Positions 20,596 through 28,892 of a stretch of DNA of 50,448 nt are shown here, piece after piece (position 1 is the first letter of the stretch; each line of letters begins with the position of its first letter). The stretch comes from Candidatus Tayloriibacteriota bacterium. GTDB lineage: Bacteria > Patescibacteriota > Minisyncoccia > Phycocordibacterales > CAIRYW01. The notes under the pieces are model-generated. The model was not told the DNA's origin and searched no databases. It saw nothing but the letters and a program-made list of their open reading frames with translations. The stretch covers positions 1-50,448 of the forward strand of contig JAQBQZ010000005.1 of assembly GCA_028286725.1 (NCBI GenBank), in the 5' to 3' direction. The translations under genes were made by a program, and so were the position numbers.

Positions 20596-20847
20596 ATGAA
20601 AAAAACAGATACAACACAATCAAAAAAGCGAAAACTCACAGGAGTTGTGACTTCAGACAAAATGAAGGACACTTGTGTTGTGCTTGTTCAGCGATACGTA
20701 AAGATCCCAAAGTACGAAAAGTTCATCCAGAGAAGCAAAAAGTACAAGGCAGATGACAAGGGGAACACAAAGAAAATTGGAGATAAGGCTACAATCGAAG
20801 AGTGCCGACCAATTTCAAAAGATAAACATTTTAAAGTAATCGCATAA
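20596..20847 (+). CDS. rpsQ: 30S ribosomal protein S17
   Basis: GVVTSDKMKDT, ECRPISKDKHF. Confidence 0.96.
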   Translation: MKKTDTTQSKKRKLTGVVTSDKMKDTCVVLVQRYVKIPKYEKFIQRSKKYKADDKGNTKKIGDKATIEECRPISKDKHFKVIA

Positions 20848-20856
20848 CATTTTTAT

Positions 20857-21228
20857 ATGATACAGCCAAGATCAATAGTTCAAATAGCTGACAACTCAGG
20901 TGCCAAGATCGGCCGAATTTTCAAAGTGCTTGGATCTTCAAAGAAGCGATATGCAGAAATTGGAGAGCTCGTTATCCTTTCCGTTCAGAAAGCAGAGCCA
21001 CGAAAGGCGGTAAAGAAGAAGGATGTTCTCCGAGCTATTGTTGTTCGACAGAAGAAACCTCTACGACGAAAGGACGGTTCGTACATTCGATTTGATGAGA
21101 ATGCAGTTGTTATCCTTGAAAAGGAAAAGAATGAGCCTCTCGCAGGTCGTGTATTCGGTCCAATTCCACGAGAGATCGCTGAACTCGGTTTCCAGAAGAT
21201 CGCATCACTCGCGCCAGAAATTGTGTAA
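20857..21228 (+). CDS. rplN: 50S ribosomal protein L14
   Basis: ADNSGAK, DGSYIRFDENA, RVFGP, SLAPE. Confidence 0.97.
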   Translation: MIQPRSIVQIADNSGAKIGRIFKVLGSSKKRYAEIGELVILSVQKAEPRKAVKKKDVLRAIVVRQKKPLRRKDGSYIRFDENAVVILEKEKNEPLAGRVFGPIPREIAELGFQKIASLAPEIV

Positions 21229-21245
21229 AGTTTTAAATAAAATAT

Positions 21246-21512
21246 ATGAAAATAAAAAAAGGCGACAATGTAATAGTAATCACAGGCAAGGACAAAGGTA
21301 AGACTGGTTCTGTGGAGAAAGTATTCCCAAAAAAGGATTTGATACTTGTGTCTGGTGTAAACGTTGTAAAGCGACATCAGCGATCACGAACTGGAAACGG
21401 CAAGGGTCAAATTGTTAACAAGGCAATGCCTGTCCACATTTCTAACGTTGCTTCAACAGAGAAGAAAGCTAAAACTGTAAAGGCTCCAAAGAAGGCTGCT
21501 AAAAAAGCATAA
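21246..21512 (+). CDS. rplX: 50S ribosomal protein L24
   Basis: KOW motif KKGDNVIVITGKDKGKTG, PVHISNV. Confidence 0.96.
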   Translation: MKIKKGDNVIVITGKDKGKTGSVEKVFPKKDLILVSGVNVVKRHQRSRTGNGKGQIVNKAMPVHISNVASTEKKAKTVKAPKKAAKKA

Positions 21513-21531
21513 ACCGTAATCAAAAATTATT

Positions 21532-22065
21532 ATGAAATCAATCAAAGAAATACAAAAAGACGCATACAAGACACTCAAAGAAAAATTTGGGTACAAGAAT
21601 GTTATGCAATCTCCAAAGCTTGTAAAGGTGGTGCTTTCATCTGGAACAGGTAAAGTGACAGACAAGAAGCGAAAGGAATACATTGGCGACAAACTCACAA
21701 AGATTGCTGGACAGAAATCGGCAGTTCGAGCAGCTAAGAAATCTATTTCTACTTTCAAAGTGCGACAGGGAGACAATATTGGTTTCCAGGTAACGCTTCG
21801 AGGTGAGAAGATGTTTGCATTCCTCGACAAACTCATCCACATCGCGCTTCCACGAACAAAAGACTTCCGAGGACTCAAGTCTGCATCAATTGATGGCATG
21901 GGCAACGTAACATTTGGTATCAAAGAACACACAATTTTCCCAGAATGTGCAGACGAAGATATCAAGGATACATTTAGTTTTGCTTTCACTGTTGTTGTTA
22001 CATCAAAGAAAAAAGAAGAGACAAAAGCATTCCTCGAACTCATTGGATTCCCGTTTTCTAAGTAA
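21532..22065 (+). CDS. rplE: 50S ribosomal protein L5
   Basis: PKLVKV, IAGQK, VTLRG, ALPRTKDFRG, DGMGN. Confidence 0.97.
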   Translation: MKSIKEIQKDAYKTLKEKFGYKNVMQSPKLVKVVLSSGTGKVTDKKRKEYIGDKLTKIAGQKSAVRAAKKSISTFKVRQGDNIGFQVTLRGEKMFAFLDKLIHIALPRTKDFRGLKSASIDGMGNVTFGIKEHTIFPECADEDIKDTFSFAFTVVVTSKKKEETKAFLELIGFPFSK

Positions 22066-22082
22066 AATCAAAATAGTAAAAA

Positions 22083-22120
22083 ACAAAAAGGTCCGCAGCA
22101 TAGCTGCGGACCTTTTTGTT
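22083..22120 (+). terminator. Intrinsic terminator after rplE
   Basis: ACAAAAAGGTCCGCAGC-ata-GCTGCGGACCTTTTTGT. Confidence 0.8.
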
Positions 22121-22173
22121 TATCCACATTGAATTCACTCAATTCATTTTTTTACTGTATAATTTAGCGATAA

Positions 22174-22527
22174 ATGGAACCAGCTGTTATTAATAACAAT
22201 ATTCCTAAATTTGAAACTCCGCATAGTGGGGGAGGAACAAGCAAGGTCAAATTGACTGTTATTATTCTTATAATAATTGGGGCTGTCGCTTTTAATCTTT
22301 GGTATTATTTTGGAGTTTTTTCTGCAATTCCAGTAGCGGTTGTTTCAGAAGTTGTGCTGCCTCCAGACGATAATGAGAAGACTGTGATTGCATCTGATCT
22401 GGAGAATCGGGTAGCTAAAATCAGTACTGACGATAGAGCTCAGATGATGCAAAGTCTCGCAATGAGAACTAATAGCGAGGTAAAACCAGAAGAAAGAGTC
22501 ATTGCGGTACAATCATTTCAAAATTAA
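22174..22527 (+). CDS. Hypothetical single-TM protein
   Basis: One TM segment; TATAAT just upstream. Confidence 0.65.
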   Translation: MEPAVINNNIPKFETPHSGGGTSKVKLTVIILIIIGAVAFNLWYYFGVFSAIPVAVVSEVVLPPDDNEKTVIASDLENRVAKISTDDRAQMMQSLAMRTNSEVKPEERVIAVQSFQN

Positions 22528-22548
22528 TTATCAATTTATATATTATTT

Positions 22549-23079
22549 ATGTCTAAAAAAACACTCACCGCATTCTTTATAGGTCTTATCATCGGCACAG
22601 TTTCGCTTTCATACGCATCATGGACTTCACCTACTCAGCCGGCGCCAAACGGAAACACTGCTGCGCCTATCAACGTGAGCGCTCTCTCTCAGGATAAGTT
22701 GGGAGTTCTCACTGTTGGCGGTTTGGGAGTTTTTGGTCCAGCACTCGTCACTTCGTCGGGAGGATATGCGCTTCCGTCAAATTTGCAGCTCGGTGTTAAT
22801 GGGTATGTGGGCGCAAGAGGATATTGCGATATGAATGGGCAAAACTGTGTGACAACTCTCGGAGGAACATATGTAAATGCGGTAACGAATAATGCTTCAT
22901 CAGGAAAATCTGTTGTGTGCGGAGGATGGGATATCAAATATCCTGGAAAGACACCTATCAATATGTGGGGATGTGGATCCGCATCAATTTGTCCTGCAGG
23001 ATATAGCGATATCAAAACTTCAAATCCGACTGTAAATAATGTTGAGCAGACACATCTTTGCATTGTCTCTAGTCTCTAA
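22549..23079 (+). CDS. Secreted Cys-containing fibre/adhesin-tip-like protein
   Basis: Signal peptide, WTSPTQPAPNGNTAAPINVS, YCDMNGQNC, C-terminal CPAGY..LC. Confidence 0.65.
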   Translation: MSKKTLTAFFIGLIIGTVSLSYASWTSPTQPAPNGNTAAPINVSALSQDKLGVLTVGGLGVFGPALVTSSGGYALPSNLQLGVNGYVGARGYCDMNGQNCVTTLGGTYVNAVTNNASSGKSVVCGGWDIKYPGKTPINMWGCGSASICPAGYSDIKTSNPTVNNVEQTHLCIVSSL

Positions 23080-23153
23080 TTGATAGAAATAATATTTTTG
23101 TGAAAAGGAAAAGTACCAATTCTTGCGAATTGGTACTTTTGAAAACGAGGTCG

Positions 23154-23354
23154 TTAGCGAGGCATTACTGCATGCGGGTAAACCATGGCTGTCTGGTCTG
23201 CGAGATGCGGGACTTGTCCCAATGCGTCACTTAAGACACTAAAGAGCTTTACAAGGGTGCTCTCCAACCCTTCGAAAACATCGGGCATCATAACTCTGAT
23301 GATGATCAGCGTGATACCAAATCCAATTGCGCGTAGCATATTGGTTGTGTTCAA
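23154..23354 (-). CDS. Small membrane hypothetical protein
   Basis: 66-aa ORF with TTG start. Own promoter (TTGCAA/TATAAT on the minus strand, about 23485-23516) and terminator at 23108-23141. Confidence 0.5.
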   Translation of the reverse strand: MNTTNMLRAIGFGITLIIIRVMMPDVFEGLESTLVKLFSVLSDALGQVPHLADQTAMVYPHAVMPR

Positions 23355-23412
23355 AGGGTGCTGGATAATTGTGACTGACTAGTCCACAACCATGAAGAAA
23401 TAATGTCTTCAC

Positions 23413-23467
23413 GTGCATCCCCCGCCTCTATAGTCCATACTATGGACCATAGAGGCGGGGGATGCAC
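23413..23467 (-). repeat. 55-nt GC-rich near-perfect hairpin in a 5' leader
   Basis: GTGCATCCCCCGCCTCTAT-A-GTCCATA-C-TATGGAC-C-ATAGAGGCGGGGGATGCAC. The single mismatch becomes a G-U pair on the minus strand. Confidence 0.75.
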
Positions 23468-23579
23468 CCTCTTTTTATCTGTATTATATTATACCATATT
23501 TATAAAATATTGCAATAGCATACATTTATTCCCGCATGGTCTATAATATAGTTAATTAATCACATTATCTACTTAAAAA

Positions 23580-23804
23580 ATGTTTAATCTAGAAGCAGGG
23601 TTTGGATCAAGAAATAATGAAGAACCGGGAAGAGTGCCTGAACGAGAGGTTATTGAACTTAGTAAGGAGGTAGAGCTCGATAAGGGTGTTGTTATTGAAC
23701 CTCAAACCTCAGTCTCGGATTCTATAGAGGAGGCTCCTACCTGGCCAGCAGCTGATGAAGATACTGGAAAGATTCCTGATGCTGATCTTAAGGATTGGAA
23801 CTAG
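23580..23804 (+). CDS. Small acidic hypothetical protein
   Basis: 74-aa ORF, Glu/Asp-rich, with upstream TATAAT. Confidence 0.55.
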   Translation: MFNLEAGFGSRNNEEPGRVPEREVIELSKEVELDKGVVIEPQTSVSDSIEEAPTWPAADEDTGKIPDADLKDWN

Positions 23805-23821
23805 GGTAGATATTTTTCCTG

Positions 23822-23955
23822 TTGACATTCACTATAGACCCTGCTAATATAGACAAATCAAGCTCATTTGAGCTTTTTGTTTTACTTGTAAGTGGTAGAT
23901 TACTTTGGTTTGGCTTTAGTATGCTAAAACCTACATCAAATCTTCCATACTGCAA
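23822..23955 (+). promoter_or_regulatory. sigma70 promoter plus a leader hairpin mimicking the 16S rRNA S8-binding site
   Basis: TTGACA(23822)-17 bp-TAATAT; helix TTGTAAGTGGTAGAT(23886-23900)/ATCTTCCATACTGCAA(23940-23955). Confidence 0.7.
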
Positions 23956-23987
23956 AATAGAACGCTAATACTAAAATAATTTAAGAA

Positions 23988-24173
23988 ATGGCAAAAACAT
24001 CAGTAATTGCAAGGTCAAAAAAGACACCAAAATTCAAAAGCCGCGTCGTAAGACGATGTTTTCGATGTGGACGAAAGCACGGATATATGCGAGATTTCGA
24101 TCTCTGCCGAATCTGCTTCCGAGAATTAGCAAACGAAGGAATGATTCCTGGTATCAAAAAATCATCATGGTAA
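23988..24173 (+). CDS. rpsN: 30S ribosomal protein S14 (zinc-binding type Z)
   Basis: [26 protein letters not shown]. Confidence 0.97.
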   Translation: MAKTSVIARSKKTPKFKSRVVRRCFRCGRKHGYMRDFDLCRICFRELANEGMIPGIKKSSW

Positions 24174-24562
24174 AAGATAATATTTCAAACCTCATAATCA
24201 AGATCAAGAACGGAAGTATGGCTCATAAAACAGCTATCACTGCTCCTTATTCAAAGATGACTGACGCGATCCTTACTCTTCTTCAAAAAGAAGGTTACAT
24301 CAAATCTTTCTCAAAAGTAGGAAAGGGTCTTATTAAGACTGTAGACATCGAGCTTGCATACGATGAAGAAAATACTCCAAAAGTAACAGATGTATACCGA
24401 GTATCAAAGCTTTCAAAGCGAGTGTACACACCATCAAAAAAGATCAAACCGGTACGAAACGGATATGGAACACTTGTATTATCAACACCAAAAGGAATTC
24501 TTAACCAAACAGACGCAAGAAAAATGAATGTTGGTGGAGAAGTTCTATTTAAAATCTGGTAA
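24167..24562 (+). CDS. rpsH: 30S ribosomal protein S8
   Basis: [40 protein letters not shown] 24167 overlaps the rpsN stop. Confidence 0.96.
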   Translation: MVKDNISNLIIKIKNGSMAHKTAITAPYSKMTDAILTLLQKEGYIKSFSKVGKGLIKTVDIELAYDEENTPKVTDVYRVSKLSKRVYTPSKKIKPVRNGYGTLVLSTPKGILNQTDARKMNVGGEVLFKIW

Positions 24563-24574
24563 TCAAATACATTT

Positions 24575-25108
24575 ATGTCACGACTCGGAAAAAAAGAAAT
24601 AGCGATCCCATCTGGAGTAGAAGTAAGTCTCAAAGACCATTCTATTGTTGTTAAGGGTCCAAAAGGAGAACTTACACGAACAATCGACAACAGGCTTGCG
24701 GTTGTTATCGAAGGATCAGTCTTGAAAGTTGAAGTAAAGAAAACAAAAGAAAATCTTTCAGCACTTTGGGGTGCATACGCATCACACATCATGAACATGA
24801 TCGAAGGTGTAACAAAAGGTTTTGCAAAGAAGCTTCAAATCGAAGGTATTGGATACAAAGCAGAACTTAAGGGTACTGAGATTGTATTCGGACTTGGATT
24901 CTCGCATCCTGTTATTGTTAAAGTCCCTGCAGACCTCGCAGCTCTTGTAGAAAAGAACATCATCACTATTTCAGGAATCGACAAAGAAAGAGTGGGTGCA
25001 TTCGCAGCGGGTATTCGAGATCTTAAGAAGCCAGAACCATACAAGGGTAAGGGTATTCGATACGAAGGAGAATATGTACCACAGAAGCAAGGTAAAAAAT
25101 CAGCGTAA
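24575..25108 (+). CDS. rplF: 50S ribosomal protein L6
   Basis: MSRLGK, VKGPKGEL, LGFSHP, PEPYKGKGIRY. Confidence 0.97.
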   Translation: MSRLGKKEIAIPSGVEVSLKDHSIVVKGPKGELTRTIDNRLAVVIEGSVLKVEVKKTKENLSALWGAYASHIMNMIEGVTKGFAKKLQIEGIGYKAELKGTEIVFGLGFSHPVIVKVPADLAALVEKNIITISGIDKERVGAFAAGIRDLKKPEPYKGKGIRYEGEYVPQKQGKKSA

Positions 25109-25127
25109 AGTTTAGTATAAAAATATT

Positions 25128-25472
25128 ATGAAAACATCACCAAAAACAATCAAGAGACAAGTTCGAAAAAACAGAATCAGATCTAAAGTATCTGGGACTT
25201 CTGAAAAGCCACGACTTGCCGTTTTCAAATCTAACAAATACATCTACGCTGAACTCATCAATGATGATCTCGGTGTTACATTGGCTTCTGCATCAAGTCT
25301 CAAAATTACAGGAAAGAAAGCAAATCAGGCGCAGCTTGTAGGTGAAGCTATCGCAAAGAAAGCTATTGAGAATAAAATTTCAAAGGTTGTATTTGATCGA
25401 GGGGGTTATATTTATACAGGAAGAGTGAAAGCTCTCGCAGATGCTGCTCGAAGCGGTGGATTAGAATTTTAA
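25128..25472 (+). CDS. rplR: 50S ribosomal protein L18
   Basis: [36 protein letters not shown]. Confidence 0.97.
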   Translation: MKTSPKTIKRQVRKNRIRSKVSGTSEKPRLAVFKSNKYIYAELINDDLGVTLASASSLKITGKKANQAQLVGEAIAKKAIENKISKVVFDRGGYIYTGRVKALADAARSGGLEF

Positions 25473-25482
25473 ATAATACTTT

Positions 25483-26118
25483 ATGTCTGACGAAACACAA
25501 AAAATCGAAGAAACTACTACTAATGTAACAGAATCTACTGTTGCTGAAGTTTCTACTGCCGGAGTTCAAGCTCATAATCCACGATTTGGTGGTAACAGAG
25601 GGGATGCTCGGAAGAATGATCGAAAGCCAAGACGAGAACCTCGGGCAAAACCTGAATTTGATCAGAAGATTCTTGCTATCAGACGAGTGACTCGAGTGTC
25701 ATCAGGAGGACGACGATTCAGTTTTTCAGTTGCAATCGTTGTTGGTAACCGAAAGGGAATGGTAGGAGTTGGAACAGGAAAAGCTGGAGATACTTCACTC
25801 GCTATCGACAAAGCTGTTCGAGATGCAAAGAAGCATTCTATTGTTGTTCGAACTACAAAGTCTATGTCTATTCCTCACGAAATAAAGGCAAAATTCAAGA
25901 GTGCAGTTGTACACATTCAGCCAGCTCGTGGAAAGGGTATCATTGCTGGATCATCTGTTCGAGATGTTATTGAACTCGCGGGTCTTAAAGACATTAACGC
26001 AAAGCTCCGATCACCATCAAAGAACAAACTTAACTCTGCTCAAGCTACAATCAAGGCACTTCTTTCACTTAAGATGCCAAAGGTTAGCATGAAAAAAGAG
26101 GCAGGAGACGTTAAATAA
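25483..26118 (+). CDS. rpsE: 30S ribosomal protein S5
   Basis: RRVTRVSSGGRRFSF, VGVGTGKA, GIIAG. Confidence 0.97.
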   Translation: MSDETQKIEETTTNVTESTVAEVSTAGVQAHNPRFGGNRGDARKNDRKPRREPRAKPEFDQKILAIRRVTRVSSGGRRFSFSVAIVVGNRKGMVGVGTGKAGDTSLAIDKAVRDAKKHSIVVRTTKSMSIPHEIKAKFKSAVVHIQPARGKGIIAGSSVRDVIELAGLKDINAKLRSPSKNKLNSAQATIKALLSLKMPKVSMKKEAGDVK

Positions 26119-26141
26119 TATTTAAAATTTAAATTACTAAA

Positions 26142-26582
26142 ATGCAAATTCACGAACTAAAAAGAAAAACAAAGAACAAGAAAAGCGTCCAAGTAGGTCG
26201 TGGAGGCAAGCGAGGTAAGACTGCTGGCCGTGGTACAAAAGGTCAGGGTGCTCGTGCTGGACGAAAGATTCGACCAGAAATCCGAGACCGAATCAAAAAG
26301 ATTCCTAAACTTCGTGGATATGCGTTCAATACTATCCAAGTAAAACCTCTCCCAATCATCATCTCATCTATTGAGAAGAACTTTGAGAATGGTGCAGTTG
26401 TTGATATCAACACTCTTATAGCTGCAAAGCTCGTAGAGATCTACAAAGGACGAAATCCAAAGGTTAAGATTGTTGGGGACAAAAAAGGAAACATTCTTAC
26501 AAAGAAGGTGACAATCGTAGGTATTCCAGTGTCAGGAGCAGTTAAAGCTGCGGTAGAAAAAGCGGGAGGAGAAGTTAAATAA
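26142..26582 (+). CDS. rplO: 50S ribosomal protein L15
   Basis: VGRGGKRGKTAGRGTKGQ, PKLRG, VEKAGG. Confidence 0.96.
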   Translation: MQIHELKRKTKNKKSVQVGRGGKRGKTAGRGTKGQGARAGRKIRPEIRDRIKKIPKLRGYAFNTIQVKPLPIIISSIEKNFENGAVVDINTLIAAKLVEIYKGRNPKVKIVGDKKGNILTKKVTIVGIPVSGAVKAAVEKAGGEVK

Positions 26583-26625
26583 TTCTCGTGAGAAATATAT
26601 TTCTCACCACTCATAACTAAATACA

Positions 26626-27900
26626 ATGCAATCATTTTTTTCAAAATTAAAGTTAGTTTTTAGCGACGCGGTTTTGCGAAGAAGAATCATTTCAACTATT
26701 GTGCTTCTCGGTCTTTTTCGAGTGCTTGCAGGGATTCCTATTCCTGGTATTGATGCTCAAAAGCTTGCACAATTCTTTGGCAACAACCAATTCTTCGGAC
26801 TTCTCGATGTATTTTCTGGAGGAGGGCTTTCAAATCTCTCTATCGTAATGCTTGGAGTGGGACCATATATTACTGCATCTATCATAATGCAGCTTTGTAC
26901 TATCATGTTCCCAAGACTCAAGGCAATGTATCAGGAAGAAGGTGAGGCTGGGCGAAAGAAATTCAGCCAGATCTCTCGATTGATCTCAATTCCACTCGCG
27001 CTTCTTCAGGCGGTGAGCTTTATTATACTTCTCGAAAAGCAGGGAATTGTAGGTGAGCTCAGTACTTTCCAGCTTATCGTAAACACGCTTGTAGTAACTG
27101 GAGGTTCAGTTCTTCTTATGTGGATCGGTGAACTTATTACTGAGTTTGGAATCGGAAACGGTGTTTCTCTTATCATCTTCGGGGGTATCGTTGCAACACT
27201 TCCTACAAAGCTCAGTCAGATACTTTATGCCTATGACCCATCAAAGCTTCTTTCATATCTTTTCTTTGCTGCTGTGGCGTTTGTTATTGTCTATGCGGTT
27301 GTATTCATTACAGAAGCAGAAAGACCAATTCCAGTCACCTATGCAAAGCGAGTGCGAGGAAACAAGGTGTATGGAGGCATCTCAACTTATATTCCACTTC
27401 GACTTAATCAGGCTGGAGTGATTCCAATTATCTTTGCACTTTCTATTCTTCTTTTTCCACAGCTCATTTTGAATGTGGTCAAAGGTGCAGTAGCAAATCA
27501 GAGTGTCAAAGATGTTGCGGACACGCTTCTCTCATGGGTTGCCAATCAATGGATCTACGGAATCACATACTTCCTCTTTGTCTTTGTCTTTACTTATTTT
27601 TATACTGCGATCACTTTTGATCCACATCAGATGGCTGAGAATCTTCAGAAGAATGGTGCATTCATTCCAGGTGTTCGACCGGGTACATCAACATCAGAAT
27701 ATGTAGGAAAGGTTCTTACTCGCATTACACTCGTTGGAGCGCTCTTCTTAGGCTTTATTGCGGTCTTGCCGCTCATTGTGAAAGGTCTTACAGGTATTAC
27801 ATCTGTAGCGGTTGGAGGTACAGCGCTTTTGATTGCGGTCTCTGTGATCTTGGATCTTGTGAAGAAAGTTGAGGCTCAGATCTCGATGAGAGAGTACTAG
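26626..27900 (+). CDS. secY: Preprotein translocase subunit SecY
   Basis: LGVGPYITASIIMQL, GIGNGVSLIIF, AGVIPIIFA, FIPGVRPG, GGTALLI. Confidence 0.98.
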   Translation: MQSFFSKLKLVFSDAVLRRRIISTIVLLGLFRVLAGIPIPGIDAQKLAQFFGNNQFFGLLDVFSGGGLSNLSIVMLGVGPYITASIIMQLCTIMFPRLKAMYQEEGEAGRKKFSQISRLISIPLALLQAVSFIILLEKQGIVGELSTFQLIVNTLVVTGGSVLLMWIGELITEFGIGNGVSLIIFGGIVATLPTKLSQILYAYDPSKLLSYLFFAAVAFVIVYAVVFITEAERPIPVTYAKRVRGNKVYGGISTYIPLRLNQAGVIPIIFALSILLFPQLILNVVKGAVANQSVKDVADTLLSWVANQWIYGITYFLFVFVFTYFYTAITFDPHQMAENLQKNGAFIPGVRPGTSTSEYVGKVLTRITLVGALFLGFIAVLPLIVKGLTGITSVAVGGTALLIAVSVILDLVKKVEAQISMREY

Positions 27901-28025
27901 AGTTAAATCAAAACTCAAAGCAGTAGCGAATACCCGAGAGGGTAAAAAGTAAAAATCAAAAATAGAATACCGCATCCAAGGATGCGGTATTCTATTTTTG
28001 ATTTAATATCTTTGATTTTTGAGTC
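27901..28025 (+). repeat. Heptamer array (TCAAAAA-like) interrupted by a 27-nt element, then a 25-bp-stem terminator and the reverse-complement array
   Basis: agttaaa|tcaaaac|tca[27 nt]aaaa|gtaaaaa|tcaaaaa; stem AAATCAAAAATAGAATACCGCATCC-aa-GGATGCGGTATTCTATTTTTGATTT. Confidence 0.7.
27918..27944 (+). mobile_element. 27-nt hairpin micro-element, copy 1
   Basis: AAGCAGTAGCGAATACCCGAGAGGGT is identical over 26 nt to 37159-37184. Confidence 0.6.
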
Positions 28026-28062
28026 ATTTTCGGGTATCATGTGGGTATAATCAAATACACAC

Positions 28063-28644
28063 ATGAACAAAAAAGTCTTTATTTTTATAGGTAAAAGTGG
28101 AAGTGGGAAGGGTACTCAGGCGAAACTTCTTATTGAAAAGCTTGGACAAAAAAGTGAGAGTGTTTACTATGTTTCAACAGGGGATGAATTTCGAAGGGTG
28201 TTTAGTATGAATACATACAGTTCGAATTTGGTGAAAGGAATTGTTGATCAAGGGCTCTTTTGCCCTTCGTTTGCAGCGGTTTCAATGTGGACCAACGCGC
28301 TCTTCAGAGATCTTAAAGAGAATGAGCATATCATTATTGATGGAACACCGCGAAGTGTTTCTGAGGCGATGGTTTTGGACACCCTTTTTCCTTTTTATGA
28401 GGCAGAACCGGTTGTGATCTATATTGATGTAACTCGAGAGTGGGCGACAGAAAAGCTTCTGGGGCGAGCACGTCATGATGATACAAATGACGGAATTACT
28501 TCTCGACTGGATCTTTTTGATTCTCAGATTGTTCCAATTGTTGATATGTATAAATCAAGAGAGAGTATTGTTGTTCATCATATAAACGGAGAACAAGCTG
28601 TTGAAGCAGTGCACAAAGATTTGATGACGGCGCTCGAAATTTAA
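28063..28644 (+). CDS. adk: Adenylate kinase (short, nucleoside monophosphate kinase)
   Basis: GKSGSGKGTQ, STGDEFR, IDGTPR, R.RHDD; position after secY. Confidence 0.88.
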   Translation: MNKKVFIFIGKSGSGKGTQAKLLIEKLGQKSESVYYVSTGDEFRRVFSMNTYSSNLVKGIVDQGLFCPSFAAVSMWTNALFRDLKENEHIIIDGTPRSVSEAMVLDTLFPFYEAEPVVIYIDVTREWATEKLLGRARHDDTNDGITSRLDLFDSQIVPIVDMYKSRESIVVHHINGEQAVEAVHKDLMTALEI

Positions 28645-28733
28645 TTTCGAAATTCTTCACCCTCTAAAGTTTTATCTATCGTTATGCAATATGGTCAAGT
28701 TTTGCAAAAGGAATTTAGATAATAATAGGTAAT

Positions 28734-28754
28734 ATGTGTATGATGAGAATATAA
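28734..28754 (+). CDS. Putative leader peptide MCMMRI
   Basis: ATG TGT ATG ATG AGA ATA TAA upstream of homoserine dehydrogenase. Confidence 0.4.
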   Translation: MCMMRI

Positions 28755-28775
28755 TTATTAATATTGCACAACAAG

Positions 28776-28867
28776 AAAAGCTGGTTTTAATAAATTATCA
28801 TGAAGAGCGATCTCCCTTTCATGTGGTTTACTTTCCAGAATATGCTGTCTAATACAACCAGCTTTTT
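28776..28867 (+). promoter_or_regulatory. Structured leader/attenuator-like element
   Basis: AAAAGCTGGTT(28776-28786)/AACCAGCTTTT(28856-28866) enclosing an inner hairpin AAATTATCATGAA..TTCATGTGGTTT. Confidence 0.5.
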
Positions 28868-28892
28868 AATAGATAAAATTTTCTAGGGTAAA

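Noticed and set aside
28790-28830. SAM-I riboswitch suggested by TTATCA..GAG
   Set aside because: The other SAM-I core elements (kink-turn, GCAACC, pseudoknot, closing GAU strand) are not recognisable.
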